64,000 nucleotides of DNA from a virus. How positions within the stretch are numbered: the stretch's first letter is position 1; each line of letters starts with the position of its first letter. Below the pieces are notes generated by a model, which worked only from the letters and a program-made list of their open reading frames with translations, did no database searches and was not told the DNA's origin. The position numbers and the translations under genes were made by a program. This document shows, piece after piece, positions 10,204 through 19,178 of this stretch. Location of the stretch: positions 26,896 to 90,895 of the IMG/VR virus record IMGVR_UViG_3300013126_001527. The stretch is one strand, 5' to 3'.

Positions 10204-10734
10204 ATGGCTAGAGCAATTAAAGACGTTATCGAAAACACCAAAGAAATATTCATGACCGACAGCAGTCTGACTACTTTGTTAGACTTTGAACGTGTGCTTG
10301 ACGAGCTTGATCTTTATGTTTTTAAAAATTGGAAACAAGGCGAATTGGTAGAAGGCCCAATATATGAAAAATATTTTGTGTCTTGTACATTTATGTGGCC
10401 TAGAGCAATGATGCCAGATCCTCGGGGTGGCGAGCGACTATTGGATTACGATTGCGAAGTTTATTACAGTAAAGATTATGTAGAGTTTCCTGTAGATATT
10501 AAGAGCCCAAACGATTTTGAACCAGGTACCAAAATGCCAAAAATGGCTAAAAATCCAGTTTGGCTAGTCACAATAGTGATGCCAAAAAGATTGATGCAAG
10601 AAATACAGCAAGGCAGCTTAGAGCTTGAGAGTGCCACGTTAGATCTTGAAGATATTGAACAAGCATACGAAGAAGGCAACGATCAAACTGTTGACCAAAC
10701 TACTCAATCGGATCTAGACAATGCTACATTCTAA
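10204..10734 (+). CDS. Hypothetical late protein
   Basis: 176 aa downstream of a late promoter. Confidence 0.75.
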   Translation: MARAIKDVIENTKEIFMTDSSLTTLLDFERVLDELDLYVFKNWKQGELVEGPIYEKYFVSCTFMWPRAMMPDPRGGERLLDYDCEVYYSKDYVEFPVDIKSPNDFEPGTKMPKMAKNPVWLVTIVMPKRLMQEIQQGSLELESATLDLEDIEQAYEEGNDQTVDQTTQSDLDNATF

Positions 10735-11281
10735 CCAGTTAAACGAAAATTTAGAAATAGGCGATTTGAAACGCTTAATTCACAATGAACTACACATTGA
10801 TGAATACAAGAGTAAAATGGGCGATGATAGCGATATCTGTGTGTTGAGTTTTAAAGTTTCTGGTAAAGAGCCTAGCACAGATTTAGTTAACTTCATTGAA
10901 AAAGGGTACAATTATGTACTCGATGCCGATGTTAGTTCGGGCGAAAAAGAGGGCGGAGACTACTTAGTATTTGTTGAGCTTGATCGTACCTCCAAACTGC
11001 CAGAGCAGATAACGGCAATAATTAATGATATTTTAAATTTAACTGAGCAATCAATAAATGAGTGGCGATTTAAATATCGAAAAAGTACAAAAGAACACCC
11101 GTTAACAGTCGACACACTAGCTAACACTATACCGCTGTCTCCAGAAGACTATCAAAAACGTTTTAAACAAGAGCAGGATGAAATTGATGCTCTTAAGGCG
11201 GCCGCCGGAGTTGAAGTGGATACAGTGGCTCCTACAAATGAATACACAGAAAGTTTGAGGATTGCCGCCGGCATTAGATAA
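10721..11281 (+). CDS. Hypothetical late protein, possible head component
   Basis: 186 aa; N-terminal LNE site; C-terminal LKAAAGV and LRIAAGIR motifs. Confidence 0.7.
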   Translation: MLHSNQLNENLEIGDLKRLIHNELHIDEYKSKMGDDSDICVLSFKVSGKEPSTDLVNFIEKGYNYVLDADVSSGEKEGGDYLVFVELDRTSKLPEQITAIINDILNLTEQSINEWRFKYRKSTKEHPLTVDTLANTIPLSPEDYQKRFKQEQDEIDALKAAAGVEVDTVAPTNEYTESLRIAAGIR

Positions 11282-11305
11282 GCATTTCAATAAAGGACAT
11301 CAACG

Positions 11306-12142
11306 ATGCAAATTACAGCAGAACATATTCAATCATTATTTCCAAAATACAAATACCCAGCAGACCTAGCAGAAGCACTAACAGAATCATTTGACAAGTA
11401 TGATATTAATACTGTTAATCGTGCCGCTGGTTTCTTGGCACAGTGCGGACATGAAAGTGCAGGGTTTACAGTATTGCAAGAAAACCTAAACTATTCAGCC
11501 GACGGGTTGAACAAAATCTTTAAGAAGTATTTTCCAACAGTGGCAGATGCACAACCATATGCTCGTAATCCAGAAAAGATTGCTAACAAGGTATATGGTG
11601 GGCGTATGGGCAATGGTCCAGAATCTAGCGGTGATGGTTACAAATTCCGTGGCCGTGGCGCTATCCAATTAACTGGTCGTGACAACTATACACAGTTTGC
11701 CAAGGCAGTAGGCCTAACCGTTGACGAAGCAGTAGCAGACTTAGAAACACTTGACGGTGCTATTGAATCGGCATGTTGGTTCTGGCAGAAAAACGGACTT
11801 AACGCTATCTGTGATGCAGACGACGTTGTTAAAATGACCAAACGTATCAATGGTGGAACCATCGGCTTAGAAGATCGCAAGAAACACTACGAACATGCTA
11901 AACATGTATTAGGTGGCAGTCATGTAGAAGAATCACACGGTGTTAGTGTAACCACATACGAAACAGTACGTGTTGGCTCTAAAGGTGAAACAGTCAAAGC
12001 TGTGCAGGCTGCACTGGGGCTAACAGCAGATGGCGCATTTGGGCATGGCACAGAAAAAGCAGTTAAAGCATGGCAAACTAAAAATGGCCTTACAGCAGAC
12101 GGCGTAATGGGTCCTAAGAGCCTACAAAAACTATTAGGATAA
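11306..12142 (+). CDS. Endolysin: GH19 domain plus C-terminal peptidoglycan-binding domain
   Basis: FLAQCGHES, ENLNYS, FRGRGAIQLTG, TKRINGG; PG_binding_1 repeats ADGAFG and ADGVMG. Confidence 0.92.
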   Translation: MQITAEHIQSLFPKYKYPADLAEALTESFDKYDINTVNRAAGFLAQCGHESAGFTVLQENLNYSADGLNKIFKKYFPTVADAQPYARNPEKIANKVYGGRMGNGPESSGDGYKFRGRGAIQLTGRDNYTQFAKAVGLTVDEAVADLETLDGAIESACWFWQKNGLNAICDADDVVKMTKRINGGTIGLEDRKKHYEHAKHVLGGSHVEESHGVSVTTYETVRVGSKGETVKAVQAALGLTADGAFGHGTEKAVKAWQTKNGLTADGVMGPKSLQKLLG

Positions 12143-12145
12143 TCT

Positions 12146-12601
12146 ATGTTCTTACTACATTTTTTACCGGATAGTTTCTTACAAACAGTAATCAACATTG
12201 TACTTTTCTCAGGGTTAGGGTTAACTGTAGTGGGTTTTTTCCTAGCAGGATGGATTCCAGGTGCACGCAATTATAAGTCACTTATTCAAATCTTAGGTGT
12301 TACACTATTAGCCGCTGGTATCTACTGGAAGGGTGGCTACGGTGTTGAAATGGAATGGCGTGGCCGAGTAGCTGAACTTGAGGCTAAACTAAAAACAGCA
12401 GAAGAAAAATCACAACAGGTCAATACCGTGATTGAAACCAAAGTAGTTACACAGGTTAAACATATCAAAGATACACAGGTTAAGATACAAAAACAAATTG
12501 TCGAACGAGAAAAGATTATCAACGGTGAATGTGAAGTTCCAGCAGAGGCTATTGAGTTGCTAAACAAAGCTGCTGAACGTCCAACAGGAGAAAACAAATG
12601 A
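12146..12601 (+). CDS. Inner-membrane spanin-like protein
   Basis: N-terminal TM helices, coiled coil and late Cys; directly follows the endolysin. Confidence 0.6.
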   Translation: MFLLHFLPDSFLQTVINIVLFSGLGLTVVGFFLAGWIPGARNYKSLIQILGVTLLAAGIYWKGGYGVEMEWRGRVAELEAKLKTAEEKSQQVNTVIETKVVTQVKHIKDTQVKIQKQIVEREKIINGECEVPAEAIELLNKAAERPTGENK

Positions 12602-12993
12602 GTAATTCAATTAACAAATATATCAAACTATTCGAAGAAGAATTAGCAGGACTGCGTGCTGTTGGCGTATCAGAGCCAGAGGATTCAGAAGAGTCTTCAT
12701 TGCCCGAAGTCAACATTTCATTCCAGCATGATACGGATAATAGCCCTAAAAAATCCGTAATGGTCAACGCAGGTGGAATATACACCGGTGATGCCAACGA
12801 TCTGCGTGATATACTACACGACATGAACGTTCCAATCCCCGACGAAGATGCTCAACCAAACGATTCGGGTGTTTGGGTCAGCGTAGATGAAAACGGTAAG
12901 AGAATCACAGCAATGGCAGATAATGAAAAAGGTGACGAACTGTTAGCTATGTTAAAGAACGCCGGCTTATATAAAGGTGGGCCAGATGCGTAG
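12598..12993 (+). CDS. Hypothetical acidic protein inserted in the lysis cassette
   Basis: 131 aa; N-terminal KYIKLFEE and C-terminal LLAMLKNAGL. Confidence 0.65.
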   Translation: MSNSINKYIKLFEEELAGLRAVGVSEPEDSEESSLPEVNISFQHDTDNSPKKSVMVNAGGIYTGDANDLRDILHDMNVPIPDEDAQPNDSGVWVSVDENGKRITAMADNEKGDELLAMLKNAGLYKGGPDA

Positions 12994-13243
12994 TTTATTA
13001 CTGGTCTTGCTACTTTCAGGTTGTTCAACGCTAGTTCCTGTTAAGGCTAAGTTTCCGGAACTACCCAAAGAGTTGGCTATTGAATGTCCAGACCTAAAAC
13101 AACTACCACCAGATACTAAAAAGCTAAGTGATGTAGTCAGCAACGTAAGTGAAAACTACGGTACCTACTATGAATGCCAAGCACGTAAAGAAGCATGGGT
13201 AGAGTGGTACAAGGCACAGAAACAAATCTACGAGAGCAACTAA
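12986..13243 (+). CDS. Outer-membrane spanin (Rz1-like lipoprotein)
   Basis: Lipobox LLLSGC, Pro-rich mature region, Cys pair. Confidence 0.7.
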   Translation: MRSLLLVLLLSGCSTLVPVKAKFPELPKELAIECPDLKQLPPDTKKLSDVVSNVSENYGTYYECQARKEAWVEWYKAQKQIYESN

Positions 13244-13650
13244 TGAAAAAATTTATTCTTATAGCAGTAGCGACGTTGGCATTAAATGGCTGTGCCATTG
13301 TTGATATCTACAAGCAAGCACGGTGGGATAACAATGAATACAGTCTAGTAAATGAAGTACAAACATCAGCTGCATTAGGTATTGATGTTTGTGCTTATCC
13401 TAAAGATGTTGTTTACTACGTAGATCATATCTATAGTAAAAGTTTAGAGTTTAGAAACTATACTGCAGAAATTGATCGTAACCAAGAAGCAAACAAAATG
13501 GCTGAAAGTTTATTAGCCATTACTAAAGGTTTAAAAGAACGCTACCACAGCGGCGATGAGCCTACACAAAAATACTGTGAACTAAAAATGACAACTATAC
13601 AAACCAGTTCCAGTACTATCAAGCGAGCACTAGGAGCTAAACCAAGATGA
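13243..13650 (+). CDS. Lipoprotein of unknown function
   Basis: MKKFILIAVATLALNGC lipobox. Start at 13243 overlaps the previous stop. Confidence 0.7.
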   Translation: MKKFILIAVATLALNGCAIVDIYKQARWDNNEYSLVNEVQTSAALGIDVCAYPKDVVYYVDHIYSKSLEFRNYTAEIDRNQEANKMAESLLAITKGLKERYHSGDEPTQKYCELKMTTIQTSSSTIKRALGAKPR

Positions 13651-13853
13651 CAACCAGAAACGATGTAGTAGCAGAAGCACAAACATTAGAAAACGAATTT
13701 AAAGCCGGGCGTCTCTCGGCAAGTGAATTAAAAGAATTATTAGAAGATTTAAAGCACAGCAAAGCTATTGTAGCTGCCGCAGGCGACTTAGAAGTTAAAG
13801 CTCAGCTGTTTGAGTTAATTGACGGCATCATCTGTGCTGCTGGCGCTATCTAA
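13647..13853 (+). CDS. Small hypothetical protein
   Basis: 68 aa, coupled by ATGA overlap. Confidence 0.65.
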   Translation: MTTRNDVVAEAQTLENEFKAGRLSASELKELLEDLKHSKAIVAAAGDLEVKAQLFELIDGIICAAGAI

Positions 13854-13889
13854 TAAATATTATTATAATAATCAACAAGGAGTAAGACA

Positions 13890-14180
13890 ATGGCAAAAAC
13901 AGCAGAAGAACGCACATCAGATTGGATGACCACCAAGTGGCGTCCGTTAATGGCAATCACATACATGGCAACAATTTGGTTTGATTTTATTCTTGGACCA
14001 GTTGTTTTTAACGTATTACAATATTGGAATCCGGGTCAGGCGATTACTAGTTGGACAGCACTAACACTACAAGGTGGTGGTTTATATCACATCTCTATGG
14101 GTGCTATTCTAGGTATTGCGGCTTGGACACGTGGCAAGGAAAAAGTAGCTGAATTAGAAAACGGTGGCGCGGGAAAATAG
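13890..14180 (+). CDS. Holin (GTA 3TM-holin-like family)
   Basis: 96 aa; KWRPLMA; two hydrophobic helices; GAILGIAAWTRGKEK; AAGGAG RBS; at the end of the lysis cassette. Confidence 0.7.
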   Translation: MAKTAEERTSDWMTTKWRPLMAITYMATIWFDFILGPVVFNVLQYWNPGQAITSWTALTLQGGGLYHISMGAILGIAAWTRGKEKVAELENGGAGK

Positions 14181-14422
14181 CAGGGTACGAAACAGCCCCT
14201 GAGCAAAATGTTTCAACAGAACCGCAATGGATTGTTACAGATAGCAGCCCAGCGGACAATGTGTCAGTGACTGCACCTGTTGAAGCTGCTGAATCAGAGG
14301 TTGAAGTTCCTGAGGTAGCTGAAACACAAGAATTGTATGACGCACCTGAGGTAGCTGAAACTCCTCAACAGCCCAAAATAGCAGAAGATCCAAATCGTCC
14401 AAAAAGACGTAAAAAATCTTAA
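14171..14422 (+). other. Programmed -1 frameshift site (G GGA AAA) and 81-codon holin extension
   Basis: Heptamer 14171-14177 lies directly before TAG. The -1 frame is open 14153-14422 with no ATG and fills an otherwise empty 240 nt gap. Confidence 0.7.
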
Positions 14423-14445
14423 TCTGGTAGAAAAACAGTAGTAAA

Positions 14446-14478
14446 TAAAAGGGTAAGCATTGACGCTTACCCTTTTTT
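14446..14478 (+). terminator. Intrinsic terminator
   Basis: AAAAGGGTAAGC-attgac-GCTTACCCTTTTTT hairpin with T tract. Confidence 0.8.
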
Positions 14479-14488
14479 ATTATATAAT
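14460..14488 (+). promoter_or_regulatory. Sigma70 promoter for dnaJ
   Basis: TTGACG-17-TATAAT; the -35 box lies in the terminator loop. Confidence 0.75.
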
Positions 14489-14497
14489 ATACTTACT

Positions 14498-15340
14498 ATG
14501 GCAAATGCGTATGAAACATTGGGTGTGCCTAAAGGGGCATCCGAAGAAGAAATTAAAAAGGCTTACCGCAGACTAGCGGCTAAGCATCATCCCGATCGCG
14601 GTGGAGATACTGCTAAGTTCCAAGAGATACAGGGTGCTTATGAAACTCTTACAGATCCACAAAAACGTGCGGCTCATGACAATCCGGGTTTTAATCATGG
14701 CTCTGGCGGATTTGAGTTTCACTTTGGTTCTGGTATGGATCCTAATGATATCTTTGGTCAATTTTTTAATCAACAACAAGGATTTAATCCGTTTCACCAA
14801 CAACGCCAGCAACAACAGCGTAGAAATAAAGATCTACGCATAAACATCAACATCTCTTTAAAAAGCACATTAAATTCTCAAACTAAAACAGTTAGTGTAC
14901 AAACCACCAAAGGTGACAGATTTACTGTAGATGTTCAGATTCCTCGAGGTGTAACTAACGGAACTACTATTAAGTATTCTCGTATGGGGGACAACTTTTT
15001 TGAATCATTGACACGCGGCGACTTATATGTTATAATCAACATACAAACTGATGGTCGATTTGAAATCTATGGGCACAATGTTGTTACTAACTTAACTATT
15101 AACAGTGTTGAGGCAATGTTAGGCACAGAAAAAGAAATACAAGGCGTAGAAGATAATACATTTTTAGTTAAAATACCGCCAGGAACACAGTCGGGTTCAA
15201 AATTTGGTCTTCAAGGTCAAGGATTGTATGACCCTAGGGGCGTAATGCGTGGGGATTTAATTGTTACACTTACAATTAATACTCTTATTCCAACCGAGGA
15301 ACAAATTATCAAATTGAGAGAAATTTGGCCCAATCTATAA
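14498..15340 (+). CDS. dnaJ: DnaJ/CbpA-type co-chaperone without zinc finger
   Basis: J domain with HPD, G/F-rich linker, C-terminal domain with RGDL. Confidence 0.9.
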   Translation: MANAYETLGVPKGASEEEIKKAYRRLAAKHHPDRGGDTAKFQEIQGAYETLTDPQKRAAHDNPGFNHGSGGFEFHFGSGMDPNDIFGQFFNQQQGFNPFHQQRQQQQRRNKDLRININISLKSTLNSQTKTVSVQTTKGDRFTVDVQIPRGVTNGTTIKYSRMGDNFFESLTRGDLYVIINIQTDGRFEIYGHNVVTNLTINSVEAMLGTEKEIQGVEDNTFLVKIPPGTQSGSKFGLQGQGLYDPRGVMRGDLIVTLTINTLIPTEEQIIKLREIWPNL

Positions 15341-15343
15341 ATA
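15336..15343 (+). promoter_or_regulatory. Late promoter TATAAATA
   Basis: Perfect match just upstream of clpA. Confidence 0.65.
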
Positions 15344-15367
15344 TTTTTAATAACATAAGGTACCTAT

Positions 15368-17665
15368 ATGATTAACAATCCAATAATTGATGCTATTATT
15401 GACCATGCTACTAATTTTGCTAAGGAAAACAAACATAGTTATGTTACACTTGAGCATCTTTTGTATGCTCTAGTCAACAGCGAAGATTTTGGAACTTTAT
15501 TGGACGATTTTGGAGTTGATGTATCAGGGTTAGAAGAAGATATTCATGAATATGTTATTAAACAAACTCATTTAGTTGATGGGTTTAACCAAGAAGTAGC
15601 CCCAAAACGTACACACAGTTTAGAACGTGTATTCAATCGTGCGTTTACTCAGGTGCTGTTCACAGCACGAGAACGAATGGAACCAATTGATTTATTCTTA
15701 AGTATTACACAAGAAACTAACAGTCATGCTGCATATTTCTTAATCAAATGGGGAGCGACTCGTAAACAGATAGTTGAGTTCTATACAAAACTTGTAGGAC
15801 AAACAGCAAACTCAGAGCGTAAAGAAAAGTCTAAAAAACCAGATGCTATTGATCGCATTTTAGATGAACATTGTACTAATTTAAACAAACAGGTGGCAGA
15901 AGGTAAGATTGATCCTGTAATTGGTCGTGAATATGAGTTAGAAGAAATAGCACAGGTACTAGCACGTAGACACAAATCAAATGTGTTAATGATAGGTGAT
16001 CCTGGTGTAGGTAAAACTGCAATCGCCGAAGGATTAGCATATAAGATTGTTAACAATCAAGTTCCTGCGTACCTAAACGATTATATCGTATATAATTTGG
16101 AAATTGGTAGTTTATTGGCCGGTAGCAAATACCGCGGTGAGTTTGAAGAAAAACTCAAAGACGTATTATATGCCCTCAATCAAAAGGGCAAAACAATTTT
16201 GTTTATCGACGAAGCACACCAAATGCATGGTGCTGGTGCAGGAAGTTCTAGTTCTGTTGATTTTGCTAACATGATCAAACCAGCACTGAGTCGAGGTAAT
16301 ATCAAAGTTATTGCCAGCACAACCTTTGAAGAATATACTAAATCTTTTGAAAAAGATCGTGCATTGATGCGTAGATTCTATAAATTATCAATCGATGAAC
16401 CTAGTCCGGCTGTGGCAAAAGAAATCTTGTTTGGGCTGCGTGGGCATTTTGAAGAGTTTCATGGTGGTGTAATAAGCGACGATGCCATTGAATCTGCTGT
16501 TGATTTAAGTGTTCGATATCAGACTGATCGTAGACTTCCGGACAAAGCCATCGATCTTATTGACATGAGTTGTGCTCGTTTGAAGATCAAGTTTGACGAG
16601 TGGGTTGTGGATAAGGAAGAAATTGTTGAGACTATTAGCAAAGCTACTAAGATCCCAATGGAGAATCTTGACAACAAAGAGTCTACCAAAACACTAACTT
16701 CATTGGATGCTAGCGTTAAAGATCGTCTATTCGGGCAAGACTCGGCAGTAGATCAAGTTTTAGAAAAAATCTATATTGCTAAAGCGGGATTAAAATCTCC
16801 AACTAAACCTGTAGGTAGTTTCTTATTTTTAGGTCCAACAGGTACTGGTAAAACAGAACTATGTAAGTTACTAAGTGAAAACCTAAGTATGAAACTAATT
16901 CGCTTTGATATGAGTGAATACCAAGAGAAACACAGTGTAGCTAAACTTATTGGTGCACCTCCGGGATATGTGGGTTACGAAGACGGTAATCTAGGTGGCG
17001 GTTTATTAATCAGCGAAGTTGAACGCAACCCACACTCAATTATCTTGTTAGATGAGATTGAGAAGGCCCACCCAGATGTAAGTAATATTCTATTGAGTAT
17101 CATGGACGAAGGCATGGTTACCAGTTCAAATGGTAAGAAAGCAGATTGCCGGCATGCTATTGTTATTATGACATCAAATTTGGGTGCTGCCGATAATGAA
17201 CGTAATAATATTGGATTTGGACGAAGCTTATCTAAAGACGGGCAAGATGATGATGCTGTTAAGAAATTCTTTAAACCAGAGTTCCGCAATCGGTTAGATG
17301 CAGTGATTAAATTTAATAAACTTGATCAGATGTCAATGAAGAAAATTGTTGTTAAATTTATCAACGAACTTAACGATCTATTGGGAGAACGTCATGTTAA
17401 AATTAATGCAACTGAATCTTTAGTAGATTATCTAGTAGAGGTTGGATTTGATTCTGCAATGGGTGCGAGACCGTTGAATCGAAAGATCAATGAATTAATT
17501 AAAGTCCCCTTAAGTAAAAAGATTCTTTTTGAAAATGTAGAACCGGGTAGCACTGTAACTGTAGATTATTTAGATAGTAATATTGTGTTTACAGTTAGCT
17601 CTCCAACTGTTAATCTATTAGAAAATAAAACAGTTGACGAACATGGTTACATTGTAGTAGAATAA
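15368..17665 (+). CDS. clpA: ClpA ATP-dependent unfoldase
   Basis: Clp N domain; two AAA modules (GDPGVGKT, GPTGTGKT); IGF ClpP-docking loop; no ClpB middle domain; 765 aa. Confidence 0.9.
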   Translation: MINNPIIDAIIDHATNFAKENKHSYVTLEHLLYALVNSEDFGTLLDDFGVDVSGLEEDIHEYVIKQTHLVDGFNQEVAPKRTHSLERVFNRAFTQVLFTARERMEPIDLFLSITQETNSHAAYFLIKWGATRKQIVEFYTKLVGQTANSERKEKSKKPDAIDRILDEHCTNLNKQVAEGKIDPVIGREYELEEIAQVLARRHKSNVLMIGDPGVGKTAIAEGLAYKIVNNQVPAYLNDYIVYNLEIGSLLAGSKYRGEFEEKLKDVLYALNQKGKTILFIDEAHQMHGAGAGSSSSVDFANMIKPALSRGNIKVIASTTFEEYTKSFEKDRALMRRFYKLSIDEPSPAVAKEILFGLRGHFEEFHGGVISDDAIESAVDLSVRYQTDRRLPDKAIDLIDMSCARLKIKFDEWVVDKEEIVETISKATKIPMENLDNKESTKTLTSLDASVKDRLFGQDSAVDQVLEKIYIAKAGLKSPTKPVGSFLFLGPTGTGKTELCKLLSENLSMKLIRFDMSEYQEKHSVAKLIGAPPGYVGYEDGNLGGGLLISEVERNPHSIILLDEIEKAHPDVSNILLSIMDEGMVTSSNGKKADCRHAIVIMTSNLGAADNERNNIGFGRSLSKDGQDDDAVKKFFKPEFRNRLDAVIKFNKLDQMSMKKIVVKFINELNDLLGERHVKINATESLVDYLVEVGFDSAMGARPLNRKINELIKVPLSKKILFENVEPGSTVTVDYLDSNIVFTVSSPTVNLLENKTVDEHGYIVVE

Positions 17666-17680
17666 TTTTATTAGATGTCA

Positions 17681-17719
17681 GGGCTCCGATAAATAAACAT
17701 AGTATATTATTAGGAGCCC
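17681..17719 (+). promoter_or_regulatory. RBS-sequestering inverted repeat enclosing a late promoter
   Basis: GGGCTCC (17681-87) pairs with GGAGCCC (17713-19, part of the AGGAG SD). TAAATA at 17690-95 lies between the arms. Confidence 0.6.
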
Positions 17720-17722
17720 GAA

Positions 17723-17887
17723 ATGGCAAAGTTACAAGAAGAAGTTTTAGTTATCAAAGTTAGCAAAATGTTAAAAGACAATGATGCTGAAAAAGTAATT
17801 CTAACCGCAGAAACTGTAGCAAGTTTAGAAGCAGTGGTACAAGAACTAGCAGGTGCTCACACCCTAGTTGAAATTCAAGTAGCATAA
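17723..17887 (+). CDS. Small hypothetical protein (54 aa, not in ORF track)
   Basis: MAKLQEEVLVIKVSKML...VVQELAGAHTLVEIQVA with an AGGAG RBS. Confidence 0.7.
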   Translation: MAKLQEEVLVIKVSKMLKDNDAEKVILTAETVASLEAVVQELAGAHTLVEIQVA

Positions 17888-17913
17888 TTTAATTCAATAA
17901 AGAGAGATTTTCA

Positions 17914-18702
17914 ATGGCAAAGCGTATTAAACCCAACGCACCTCAGATGGTGCAAAATCAAACTGCTCCTGCACAACAGCAACAATTTGACTTTAGTAAA
18001 GTACATATTCACTTTGGTATCCCATGCTACGGTGGACAAATTACAGAACCTTGTTTTACCAGTTTCTTACGTTTTATCTTACTAGCAAGCCGTGTAGGAT
18101 TACAATGGTCGTTAGACACTATGGTTAACGAGTCACTGGTAACACGTGCTCGTAATAACTTAATGGCTAAAATGATGACCAATGACAAGGCCACACATTT
18201 TATGTTTATTGACGCAGATATTCGTTTTCAACCAGAAAGTATCCTGCAGATGATTGCCACAGACAAAGATGTAATTGGCGGATTGTATCCTAAGAAAGCC
18301 TTGCCAATTAGCTATGTAATTAACGTACAGCCCGGTACACAAATTATCAACGATCTGTTTAAGGTTGACACTATGGGCACTGGTTTTATGATGTTTAAAC
18401 GTCACGTCTACGAAAAACTAATTGCTGCGCACCCAGAATGTAAATATGTTGATGATGTGGGATTAGGCAAGCAGTTTGAACCAATGATGTATTCAATCTT
18501 TGACACGGCAATTGACGAAAAGGGACATTACCTGTCAGAAGATTGGTTGTTCTGTAGACGTTGGGCTGCACTAGGCGGCGAAATCTATGCCCACAGTAAG
18601 GTACTGTTAAATCACAGTGGTCATTATGAATTTGCTGGCGACCTAGACGTGTTAATTGGCAAGAAAAAAGCAGAGCATCCGAATCCAAATCAACCTAAGT
18701 AA
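17914..18702 (+). CDS. GT-A fold glycosyltransferase
   Basis: ESLVTRARN, FIDADI (DxD), GTGFMM, LSEDWLFC motifs. Confidence 0.8.
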   Translation: MAKRIKPNAPQMVQNQTAPAQQQQFDFSKVHIHFGIPCYGGQITEPCFTSFLRFILLASRVGLQWSLDTMVNESLVTRARNNLMAKMMTNDKATHFMFIDADIRFQPESILQMIATDKDVIGGLYPKKALPISYVINVQPGTQIINDLFKVDTMGTGFMMFKRHVYEKLIAAHPECKYVDDVGLGKQFEPMMYSIFDTAIDEKGHYLSEDWLFCRRWAALGGEIYAHSKVLLNHSGHYEFAGDLDVLIGKKKAEHPNPNQPK

Positions 18703-19148
18703 TGCCTTCCGAACTATTAAGTTTTCAAATTAAACTAAGCGGAACTTACTGGGATAAACTTCCAGAATTTTCCGTTTGGTTAGATGACCAAAAGATTGAT
18801 CAAAATATTCTTTCTTCCAAGGACTGCGTTGTTAATTTTGAGCAAGAACTCTGCCAAGGTGATCACTTTCTCAAAATTCGATTAGAAAATAAAGACCAAC
18901 GTACAGATACCATAGTTGAAGATGGTGCAATAATCAAAGATCTTTTACTTAATATTGAAGATATCATTATAGATGACATTAGCATAGGCGGCCTATTGTG
19001 GACTGCTGAATATCTATTAGACGAACCGCAAGAATATCAAGGAAAAACAATTTCTCAGCTCAATCATTGCGTAAATTTAGGGTGGAATGGTACTTATATT
19101 TTAAAATTTAGTAGTCCATTTTATCGATGGCTATTAGAAAAACTCTAA
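18702..19148 (+). CDS. Hypothetical beta-rich protein
   Basis: 148 aa, coupled to the glycosyltransferase. Confidence 0.65.
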   Translation: MPSELLSFQIKLSGTYWDKLPEFSVWLDDQKIDQNILSSKDCVVNFEQELCQGDHFLKIRLENKDQRTDTIVEDGAIIKDLLLNIEDIIIDDISIGGLLWTAEYLLDEPQEYQGKTISQLNHCVNLGWNGTYILKFSSPFYRWLLEKL

Positions 19149-19178
19149 ACTAAATATAGTATAAACTAAAGGTTTACT

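Noticed and set aside
14178-14230. Amber read-through of the holin TAG
   Set aside because: The zero frame after TAG closes at a TGA after about 30 codons, whereas the -1 frame runs to the terminator and carries the in-frame repeat.
14498-17665. Bacterial chromosomal origin suggested by dnaJ, clpA, metK and acpP
   Set aside because: These genes are interspersed with T4-like replication, baseplate and lysis genes and use the same TAAATA promoters, which fits a large phage.
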